From: an uncultured Bacteroidales bacterium
Lineage (GTDB): Bacteria; Bacteroidota; Bacteroidia; Bacteroidales; UBA932
Direction: 5' to 3'
Assembly: GCA_905235775.1 (NCBI GenBank)
Contig: CAJOMY010000001.1
Span: 1 to 43,645 of the forward strand
DNA length: 43,645 nucleotides
A program made the translations under genes and the position numbers. Below the pieces are notes generated by a model. The model was not told the origin of the DNA, ran no database searches, and saw nothing but the letters and a program-made list of their open reading frames with translations. The stretch's first letter is position 1; each line of letters opens with the position of its first letter. Of this stretch, positions 15,626 through 22,519 are shown in pieces.

Positions 15626-16462
15626 TCAACCGATGAAGCCGTTATTGCCACAACCGCACCCGTAGCCCTGATTGCAGCAGCTCGGGTTCTGTACGATATA
15701 GGCCGGGATCGGTGCAGGATTGAGGATTGCGGTCTGACGCGCGTTGTCGGCCAGGATCTGCGCGGTCTGCGCAGTCTGAGAGGCCGCCAGGTTCGCCATG
15801 TTGAGCTGCGTGCGCAGGTTGTCGTTCTCCCGACGCTCGGCCTGGAGCTCCTGATCGCACAGCTTGTCGAGGATGCGCTGCGTGTTCGCGGTCTGATTGG
15901 TCAGCAGATCGCGGACGCCGTTGGACAGGGCCTCGCGGTCAGCGCAGTTCTCGCTCTGGACGAGCGCGGAGAGGTTGGCCGTGGCGAGACGGTTCTCGCA
16001 GCAGCAGTCGGCGAACTTGCTCTGCATCGCAAAGCTGTTCTGCATGTCGGCAATCTGGTTCGCATAGAGCTGCTGAGAGATCGCGTTCTGAGCGCCGGAG
16101 ATCGAGGAATTGACGCCGGCAAAGCCGCCGCACAGGCTGTTCTGAACGTCGCCGAAGCCGCTGGTAATGGCGTTCTGCAGGTTACCGAACGCGGTCTGCG
16201 TGGCGAGCTGATTCACAGCAGCGTCGGTGTTGGCATTGACGCCGGACATGATGCTCTGCTGGCCGTTGAGCAGCCAGGGGAAATCATAGCCGAGCATGCC
16301 GCCGCCGAAGCCGCCCATGCCCCAGCCGCCGCCGAAGGCAAGCAGAAGCAGGAGAATCCACCATCCATCACCGCCGAAGCCGTTGTTTCCGTAGCCGCCG
16401 GCATAAGCAGGTGCCACAGGCATATACATGCCGGTGCCGGAGCCGTTTTCAGTGAGAGACAT
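15626..16462 (-). CDS. Cassette Gly-rich TM / coiled-coil protein with CCC motif
   Basis: GFGGDGWWILLLLLAFGGGWG, Gln/Asn-rich heptads, ADCCCENR, PAPIPAY, Cys-rich tail. Confidence 0.85.
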   Translation of the reverse strand: MSLTENGSGTGMYMPVAPAYAGGYGNNGFGGDGWWILLLLLAFGGGWGMGGFGGGMLGYDFPWLLNGQQSIMSGVNANTDAAVNQLATQTAFGNLQNAITSGFGDVQNSLCGGFAGVNSSISGAQNAISQQLYANQIADMQNSFAMQSKFADCCCENRLATANLSALVQSENCADREALSNGVRDLLTNQTANTQRILDKLCDQELQAERRENDNLRTQLNMANLAASQTAQTAQILADNARQTAILNPAPIPAYIVQNPSCCNQGYGCGCGNNGFIG

Positions 16463-16522
16463 ATTCGTTTTCCTTTCAAAATATATTTATGCCAACCGCC
16501 TGTGCACCGACGGGGAGCATAC

Positions 16523-16747
16523 CTACCGCCTCATGCGGCCCATCATCTGCATAGCCTGCTGATATCTGGCCTGCGGGACCTGCCCGCTCTGCATGAGGTG
16601 CTGGACGATCTGTTGGGGATTGGTGAGATTTGCCGGGACATTCAGCCCGGCCTGCTGAAGAACAGCAGCGGGATTTTGCTTGAGCTGCGAAAGCATCTGC
16701 ATCGGATTCATCTGTGTCTGCTGCCCGAGCTGCTCAAAAAGGCTCAT
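16523..16747 (-). CDS. Cassette Gln/Met-rich small protein
   Basis: NPQQIVQHLMQSGQV; coupled. Confidence 0.8.
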   Translation of the reverse strand: MSLFEQLGQQTQMNPMQMLSQLKQNPAAVLQQAGLNVPANLTNPQQIVQHLMQSGQVPQARYQQAMQMMGRMRR

Positions 16748-17145
16748 TCCTCCACCGCCTCCTTCTTCGTCCTGCGCGGCGTCAGAGCGCTCAGACGCTC
16801 CTCCAACTCCTCGCGCGTCACATAGACCGCCGGATCGAACGCCGGGGCCTGCGGGGCAGGCGGGCGCTTGTCGTAGATATCCAGCGTGTAGCCGTTCGCC
16901 TGCGCGGTCTTGATGATGATCGCGCTCTCATCCTTGAGAATGAACATCTGGGATGTTCCCGCGCCCACGTTTGACTGTCGGATCTCGTCGATGCTGCCAG
17001 CCTGGATGATATCTGCGTGGATCGTCGGGAGCGTCATCTGCGGTGCCGGCTGCATGGGCTGCTGCATCTGATAGGCCTGCTGCATCGGCTGGATGTAAGA
17101 GGGGTAGCTGCCGGGAACATACGGGTTAAAATTCGGCATGGTCAT
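16744..17145 (-). CDS. Cassette protein with Q/P-rich N-terminus and YVTREEL motif
   Basis: ATGA overlaps on both sides. Confidence 0.8.
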   Translation of the reverse strand: MTMPNFNPYVPGSYPSYIQPMQQAYQMQQPMQPAPQMTLPTIHADIIQAGSIDEIRQSNVGAGTSQMFILKDESAIIIKTAQANGYTLDIYDKRPPAPQAPAFDPAVYVTREELEERLSALTPRRTKKEAVEE

Positions 17146-17522
17146 TCATCCTTTCTGTACCAGAAGTAAAAAATGGTTTCGTCGCCACAGTCGAAAATAT
17201 CGAACCAGTCGCCGTCGATGACCGTGACCACGTGCCGGTCCATCCCAAGCAGGAAGGTCCCCTTGGGATTGTCCCGGCTGAAATCCCGGACGGTGTAACA
17301 GTCCGGGCACGTTTCCGGGAGGGCTTTGCGATAGAAACCGTTTTGCCGGAGGACAGAGCCCCACACGCTGTTGATCTCCATCATGTCGCCCATCTGCATG
17401 CCGGCCAGCGCGATAATCAGATAGGTGGTCTCCCAGTCCTTCCCGATGGCGAGCGATACCGCCCGCACCGCGCAGTCTGTCACGCGCCTTCCTACCGGGT
17501 TCGGGTTAAATTCACGAAACAT
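17142..17522 (-). CDS. Small papain-like cysteine peptidase candidate
   Basis: NPVGRRVTDCAVRA (Cys), HVVTVIDG (His), DIFD (Asp); probable start MFREFNP. Confidence 0.65.
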   Translation of the reverse strand: MFREFNPNPVGRRVTDCAVRAVSLAIGKDWETTYLIIALAGMQMGDMMEINSVWGSVLRQNGFYRKALPETCPDCYTVRDFSRDNPKGTFLLGMDRHVVTVIDGDWFDIFDCGDETIFYFWYRKDE

Positions 17523-17580
17523 CGTCCTCGCCCTCTTTCCAGAAGAGATCATCGTCGAGGACCCACTCGTTGTCGTACAT
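17512..17580 (-). CDS. 22 aa acidic leader peptide MYDNEWVLDDDLFWKEGEDDVS
   Basis: Manual translation with RBS GAAGGTG; overlaps the peptidase start. Confidence 0.5.
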   Translation of the reverse strand: MYDNEWVLDDDLFWKEGEDDVS

Positions 17581-17599
17581 ATCAGCACCTTCTTTCTGG

Positions 17600-17680
17600 A
17601 AAAAGTGTATAAAAAAAGCTGCTGTCAGGCCATGAAGCCAAACAGCAGCTTTTCAGCATCTTTCATGAAGTTTTCCGGAA
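17600..17680 (-). promoter_or_regulatory. Cassette control region: phased repeats, 12 bp inverted repeat and -10 TACACT
   Basis: Minus strand AAAACTTCATG/AAAGATGCTG/AAAAGCTGCTG/TTTGGCTTCATG; inverted repeat AAAAGCTGCTGT..ACAGCAGCTTTT at 17614-17653. Confidence 0.6.
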
Positions 17681-17682
17681 AT

Positions 17683-17710
17683 AAAAAAAGCGCCCCACGC
17701 GGGGGCGCTT
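17683..17710 (-). terminator. Intrinsic terminator after the HTH gene
   Basis: AGCGCCCC..GGGGCGCT stem followed by a T7 run on the minus strand. Confidence 0.8.
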
Positions 17711-17951
17711 AAGAAATCATGTGTGAAAATACGATCGTGCTGGTCTCCTTGATGATATCGGAACACCGTCTCGGCGTGATATCAAATTGCTCTGACAGCG
17801 CTTCAATCGGTATGTGATCCAGCATGCGGGTCAGGAAGATCTGCCGGTTCCGGTCGTGATGCACATACTGATTCGCCAGCTCGATCAATTCATCCGTCGA
17901 GTGTTGCTTGATCAGCGCTTGGATCTCCTTGTACGAATAGATTTCCTCCAT
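17709..17951 (-). CDS. Small HTH regulator (sigma70 region 4 / Mor-like)
   Basis: RNRQIFLTRMLDHIPIEALSEQFDITPRRCSDII. Confidence 0.75.
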   Translation of the reverse strand: MEEIYSYKEIQALIKQHSTDELIELANQYVHHDRNRQIFLTRMLDHIPIEALSEQFDITPRRCSDIIKETSTIVFSHMIS

Positions 17952-18195
17952 CCTGTACTCCCTCTTCTGTGCGGTTCTGGAAGAAGTCCATCCAAGTGTT
18001 GTTCATATCCTTATAGGCATACAGGAAGCAGCACACCGTGATGATGAGCGTGACGCAGACCGTAATCAACGCGGTCAGAAGTCTTTTGTTGCTACTGTCC
18101 ATTTTATCAAGCGCCTCTTTACTGGATCTCTGCAGCTTATCGCAGACGGCCTCATGGATATAAAAAGGGACCTCTTCATACTTTTTTTCTTCCAT
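17890..18195 (-). CDS. Single-TM membrane protein paired with the HTH regulator
   Basis: VPFYIHE..NKRLLTALITVCVTLIITVCCFLYAY; has its own promoter. Confidence 0.75.
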   Translation of the reverse strand: MEEKKYEEVPFYIHEAVCDKLQRSSKEALDKMDSSNKRLLTALITVCVTLIITVCCFLYAYKDMNNTWMDFFQNRTEEGVQDGGNLFVQGDPSADQATLDG

Positions 18196-18223
18196 GCCTG
18201 TGATCTCCTTTTCTTTTTTGGAG

Positions 18224-18252
18224 ATTATACCACCCTATCCAGTTGTTTTCAA
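18224..18252 (-). promoter_or_regulatory. SigmaA promoter TTGAAA-N17-TATAAT (TGn extended) for the TM + HTH genes
   Basis: Read from the reverse complement; overlaps the holin stop codon. Confidence 0.8.
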
Positions 18253-18458
18253 GGCTCCTTGTCCTTGTTGTACTGCGCCGTGCTGATTCCGAGCAGAGCG
18301 CCCAACAGCGTGCAGATGACGGTGGCGGACTTGGCGATCTCATCGGCGAGAGGCCAGCCCCAGATGCCTGCGAATCCGACATAGGCCGTCGCCAGCGCCG
18401 GGATGACGATCATGGTGACCCATTTGAGAACATCGTACACTTTGTCATTGAGTTTCAT
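18249..18458 (-). CDS. Holin (Dp-1 type)
   Basis: MKLNDKVYDVLKW..IPALAT.Y..LGALLGISTAQY; two TMs. Confidence 0.9.
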   Translation of the reverse strand: MKLNDKVYDVLKWVTMIVIPALATAYVGFAGIWGWPLADEIAKSATVICTLLGALLGISTAQYNKDKEP

Positions 18459-18470
18459 TTTTTCTCCTCC

Positions 18471-18749
18471 TCATGTGTTGTGCGCCTTTTCATTCAGGTG
18501 CTTCTCTATTTTGGTGATTGCTTCGTGCACGGGCCCGTCGGCTCCCTGCTCGGCGAGGCCCTTCAGGCAGGCCAGTACTCCATAGGTCAGAATGGCCTGT
18601 TCGGACTGGATGTCCTGAATAATACGATCCTGCTCTTTCTGTCTTTTCACGAAATCGTATCCCCTATTATAAATTGCGATCAAAGCTCCGATTGCCGCCA
18701 GAAAAGCGGCAAACGAAATGATCGTGTTGGGAGTGATCGTCACGCTCAT
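18471..18749 (-). CDS. Holin-like / lysis-associated membrane protein
   Basis: N-terminal TM; lies between endolysin and holin. Confidence 0.7.
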   Translation of the reverse strand: MSVTITPNTIISFAAFLAAIGALIAIYNRGYDFVKRQKEQDRIIQDIQSEQAILTYGVLACLKGLAEQGADGPVHEAITKIEKHLNEKAHNT

Positions 18750-19501
18750 ACCGTCACCCCCAGCAGCGCCGCCCAGGTCTTGGCGCCGATTACGCCGTCA
18801 GGCGTCAGGCCCTTGACGGTCTGATAACGAAGGACCGCTCCATAGGTGTTGTCGCCGAATTCGCCGTCGGACCCGTAGGGCCCGCAGCGGTAGCCGCGGC
18901 CGATCAGGAGGATCTGCACCGCTCTCACGGTCTCGCCCGTAGCGCCATACCGCACCACCGGCAGCGATGCCGTCGGCAGCTCCGGTGCACTGTCGTTTTG
19001 AGGCGTGGCCGGAGAATCCACCGGATCCGCGTCGTTCTGAGCCGAAGACTCCCCCGCCTCCTCGTACCGCAAAACGCAGTCCCACGGGAAGTTATAGTAA
19101 TTCTGCTGGGTGATCTCCCGCCCGGTCTGATCGCCCGGAGCGCCGCCGGTCGTGGTGTTGCGCTCATTGATCCGGGCCGCGACGATCCTGCCGGAGCCCG
19201 TCACCATCGCGGTGTGCGCCGCGTAGTTGAGCAGCACGTCGCCGGGCTGCATACCGCTCCCGGTCGCGAGGTTGACGCGCTGCGTCACGTCCTTAAAGCC
19301 GCAGGCCAGGAACGCGCCGCGCATGTTGCCGGTGTAGCTGGCCCCGGCCTCGCGGACCGTCACGCCCACGCTCTCCCACGCGGAGATCACGAGGCTGCTA
19401 CAGTCGTAGTCCGGGCCCCAGCGGCTGGCCTGATCATAGCCGTGCGCGGGATTGTTGGCGATGGCCACCGCCCATGCAACGGCGCCTTCTGCTTTACTCA
19501 T
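18746..19501 (-). CDS. Endolysin: NlpC/P60-type catalytic domain plus PG_binding_1
   Basis: GYDQASRWGPDYDCSS, HTAM; DGEFGDNT..YQ...GL.PDGVIG..TW. Confidence 0.9.
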   Translation of the reverse strand: MSKAEGAVAWAVAIANNPAHGYDQASRWGPDYDCSSLVISAWESVGVTVREAGASYTGNMRGAFLACGFKDVTQRVNLATGSGMQPGDVLLNYAAHTAMVTGSGRIVAARINERNTTTGGAPGDQTGREITQQNYYNFPWDCVLRYEEAGESSAQNDADPVDSPATPQNDSAPELPTASLPVVRYGATGETVRAVQILLIGRGYRCGPYGSDGEFGDNTYGAVLRYQTVKGLTPDGVIGAKTWAALLGVTV

Positions 19502-19596
19502 TCCTCACTCCTCCCCGCTACAACACAGAGGCAGGTAAACACCACACCGATGCCCGTACATAACGGGCAAATCCACAAGAGATGCAAAGGACTCAT
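19498..19596 (-). CDS. 32 aa hydrophobic Cys-rich peptide
   Basis: MSPLHLLWICPLCTGIGVVFTCLCVVAGRSEE with ATGA overlaps on both sides. Confidence 0.55.
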   Translation of the reverse strand: MSPLHLLWICPLCTGIGVVFTCLCVVAGRSEE

Positions 19597-20012
19597 GCCA
19601 CTACCTCCACATAAATCCCCACCAGATCAGCCAGCGGGTTATACACGGGGATTCCCGTACTGCGGATGCAGATGTACGTCACGCCGTCTTGTGAATAATA
19701 CTTGCCCTCAAACAGCTCCATGTTGCCGTCATAGGGGATGGGATTATCAGGCGTGTCACCTTCGCCGGGTTTTTCCACCTCCGCAAACAGCGCGGGAACA
19801 TTCGGCGGTTCCCATCCCTCTTGTGATGTGTGCGCCAGTCTGACACGGTACAGCTTGTTTTCATAACGGATGCGCTGATCGACTTCGTACCAGATGCCAG
19901 CAACCCACGCGGGGAACAGCTCAACAGCGTCAAGCGCGTCATCGTCTGTGAGGGACACAGCGGCTTTTTCAATGATGGGTCTAAGCGCCCTCGCTTTTTC
20001 CTGCGGTGTCAT
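19593..20012 (-). CDS. CBM5/12-like (ChtBD3) carbohydrate-binding protein
   Basis: W..G..Y..D.RIRYENKLYRV..AHTSQ.GWEP...PALF. Confidence 0.75.
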   Translation of the reverse strand: MTPQEKARALRPIIEKAAVSLTDDDALDAVELFPAWVAGIWYEVDQRIRYENKLYRVRLAHTSQEGWEPPNVPALFAEVEKPGEGDTPDNPIPYDGNMELFEGKYYSQDGVTYICIRSTGIPVYNPLADLVGIYVEVVA

Positions 20013-20209
20013 GTTGCACCTCCTACAAGGATGTCGTAGGCTTCGGCTTTGGCTTTAATTGTAGATTCATCTGGGATGTCTTCGTCGTTGATCTCGTGCC
20101 AGTTGTTTATGCTGTCATGTTTGCCAAGATACACCAGCTTGCTATAGGTTTCCCCGTTCGTAAGAGACTTGCCCTCATCAGCAGTCAGCCTGTTTCCATC
20201 AACAATCAT
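20009..20209 (-). CDS. Small tail-associated hypothetical protein
   Basis: LTADEGKSLTNGE..VYLGK.DS..NW.EI. Confidence 0.7.
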   Translation of the reverse strand: MIVDGNRLTADEGKSLTNGETYSKLVYLGKHDSINNWHEINDEDIPDESTIKAKAEAYDILVGGAT

Positions 20210-21579
20210 GCTACCGTCCACCCCTTCTCTGTTGCTATCGCAATTTCAGCATTTGTAAGTTTAGCCTGTAAAGTTGCTCCAAGCGTAATCGTTTGCGTTG
20301 CTGTTACGGGCTGTAATGCATTTAGCAGACCAACAAGACTATCATGATCAAGAGATGTCGGTGACACGGAAAATGATGTGTAGATTTTTGTGCCATTTGT
20401 TACAAGAGACGTTAAGCGGGAACAACTTGTAAACATATTAGTAGTATTTGTTGCACTTTGCATGTCCCACCCGGATATGTTAAGTACATTCAATAAAACA
20501 CACATATAAAATGCATTTGCAAAATTCGTAACGGAGGAAACGTCTATCATGCTTAAATCCAGTGTAAGTAAATTTACTGCGCCACTAAATGCGCTAGATA
20601 TATTCGTCGCGTCAGGCACAGACTCTGGGAAAACGAGACTCTCGATCTGCGGGAGTCTTGCGAAAGAGCTGTAGTCCATGCTTTGTCTCGTTAACACAAA
20701 GTCGCTTAAGTTGATATACTGGAGGCTCTTAGCGTACGAGTAAAAGCTCGATATACTCGGGCTAGTGGCAGTCTCATAATCTAGCAATGTTACAGATTGG
20801 ATAAACGGCCCAAAGCTTCCATAGTAGGCGGTGTTATAGTCCATAAAAGCTACATTTCCAGGGCGTCCATAAACTTCAACACAACTGTCAATAACACCTC
20901 GATCCGTCTGAAATGTGATTCTTCCACTAGAAACATTATTCAGATTAAGCTCAACCGCCACATAATCGTCATCAGATGGAAAAAATGTCTCCAGAAAATT
21001 AGGAGAACTCGTAGACCGTGTCAACGTGCGGATAGGCGTAAATTCGCCATTTTCTATCCGTCCAATTCTAGCAATAGTACCAGCAGGAGCCGTATATATA
21101 ACCAATCCTACTGACAAGATTCCGCTTTTGTTGGGTCTTGTGTCATATGTTAAATAAACGCAACAATTTGTCGGATCGTTTTCCATATGCAAGGATTCGT
21201 AGTTTGGCCAATTTGATGGACGTGTCCAGTATCCATGCATAACAGGTTGGTCGCCCGACACATTGACCGTGATCTCCGCGTTCGCATACGCCGCCACGTC
21301 TTCGGTGGTCGTGCCGTTCTCGGTGATGGAGATTTGTTTCGTGCCTGTCGGAGCAGGAGTCGGCACGTTGACCTGTGCAGAAGCGAATCCGGCCACATTA
21401 TGCGTACCGTTCGTAATGATCTGTTTCGTGCCGGATGGTTTTAAAGCTCTTGCGGCTGCGGCCATGCCGGACGGGAAAGAAAGCTGCTCAGATCCGCCGC
21501 TGGCATATCGGATACCGTCAGCGACGGTTCCGAGATCGCTGTCGAGCTGTGTACTGTCTACCAGTTTGTCAAGAGCCAT
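20206..21579 (-). CDS. Adhesin / receptor-binding protein with BspA/DUF285-like leucine-rich repeats
   Basis: LDLSMIDVSSVTNFANAF, LNISGWDMQSATNTTNMF, ends IATEKGWTVA; AT-rich middle. Confidence 0.75.
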   Translation of the reverse strand: MALDKLVDSTQLDSDLGTVADGIRYASGGSEQLSFPSGMAAAARALKPSGTKQIITNGTHNVAGFASAQVNVPTPAPTGTKQISITENGTTTEDVAAYANAEITVNVSGDQPVMHGYWTRPSNWPNYESLHMENDPTNCCVYLTYDTRPNKSGILSVGLVIYTAPAGTIARIGRIENGEFTPIRTLTRSTSSPNFLETFFPSDDDYVAVELNLNNVSSGRITFQTDRGVIDSCVEVYGRPGNVAFMDYNTAYYGSFGPFIQSVTLLDYETATSPSISSFYSYAKSLQYINLSDFVLTRQSMDYSSFARLPQIESLVFPESVPDATNISSAFSGAVNLLTLDLSMIDVSSVTNFANAFYMCVLLNVLNISGWDMQSATNTTNMFTSCSRLTSLVTNGTKIYTSFSVSPTSLDHDSLVGLLNALQPVTATQTITLGATLQAKLTNAEIAIATEKGWTVA

Positions 21580-22431
21580 TTAATAACTACCTCCACTCCA
21601 TGCCTGCATTGCCACGGGTACCACAACGCCGTCACTCCCCACGACCATGAACTTCCTGGCGTTCCCAGCGCCCTGATTGGCGTTGAGCTTGCCGCTGATG
21701 TCCTGATGCTGCGTCAGAAAGCCGCTGTCGTTCGTCAACTGGCTCGTCCGCGTCGGGATGTCCACCGATGCCGCAAGACCAAGCTGTGCGGCCGTCTTGT
21801 TCCCTCGCAGTTCGTTGCCGTTGATCTGCGGCTTGTTCGTAAGATCGGAATAGTCACTTGTGCCGCCGCCACCACCGGAGCCGTCCATCACGTCAAAGCT
21901 CTGTCCCTGCGGATGGTCTGCGTCCGTGATTGTCACGCGGTTACCGCCCGTGATGGTCGTGATCGTGACAGTCGGGCTGTACCCGTCTTCCCCGTCGAAC
22001 TCCCCGTTCTCCGCTGCCGTCTGGATCGCATTCGCAATGCGCAGCGCCGCGGCTGCGGCCTGCTGAACCTGGTAGCTCCACTCGGGCGTCGGTTCAGACG
22101 GGTCGGGCTCTATCGGCTGCGTGCCGTCGTAGATGTACCCGGCCTTGCCCCAGACGGTCGGCATGGCAATCGTGCCGTAGGCGTCGCGCCCGTACACGCC
22201 GATATACAGGTCATCCCCCGGTGTGGCGAGAACTTCCGGCGGCACCATGCAGCTGTCCGAGAGGAGCGCAACTTCGTTCTCGGCCTCAGATCCGCGGAAG
22301 ACGGCAATGCGGTTCAAACCGTCCCATGCGTCATCAAAGTTAAAAACGACAGGCAGACCCACGCTGCCCGATGTAATCGGCCACAGCGGAACAATATACA
22401 GGTCTCTGTCGCGCGCACGTACAGCAATCAT
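21580..22431 (-). CDS. Tail fibre-base / BppU-like protein
   Basis: ITSGSVG..F.FD..WDGL..IAVF; DGEDGYSPTVT; DYSDLTNKPQING. Confidence 0.7.
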   Translation of the reverse strand: MIAVRARDRDLYIVPLWPITSGSVGLPVVFNFDDAWDGLNRIAVFRGSEAENEVALLSDSCMVPPEVLATPGDDLYIGVYGRDAYGTIAMPTVWGKAGYIYDGTQPIEPDPSEPTPEWSYQVQQAAAAALRIANAIQTAAENGEFDGEDGYSPTVTITTITGGNRVTITDADHPQGQSFDVMDGSGGGGGTSDYSDLTNKPQINGNELRGNKTAAQLGLAASVDIPTRTSQLTNDSGFLTQHQDISGKLNANQGAGNARKFMVVGSDGVVVPVAMQAWSGGSY

Positions 22432-22469
22432 GTTTCCGCCCCTCCTTGGGCAAAGTATTCTCTATCTAT

Positions 22470-22509
22470 AGAATAAAAAAATAAGGCGGAGAGTTTAATC
22501 CCCGCCTTA
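22470..22509 (-). promoter_or_regulatory. Late promoter motif AGGCGGGGATTAA-N19-TATTCT inside a terminator hairpin
   Basis: 13-mer at 22495-22507; stem TAAGGCGG/CCGCCTTA with flanking A/T runs. Confidence 0.7.
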
Positions 22510-22519
22510 AAAAAAGATA

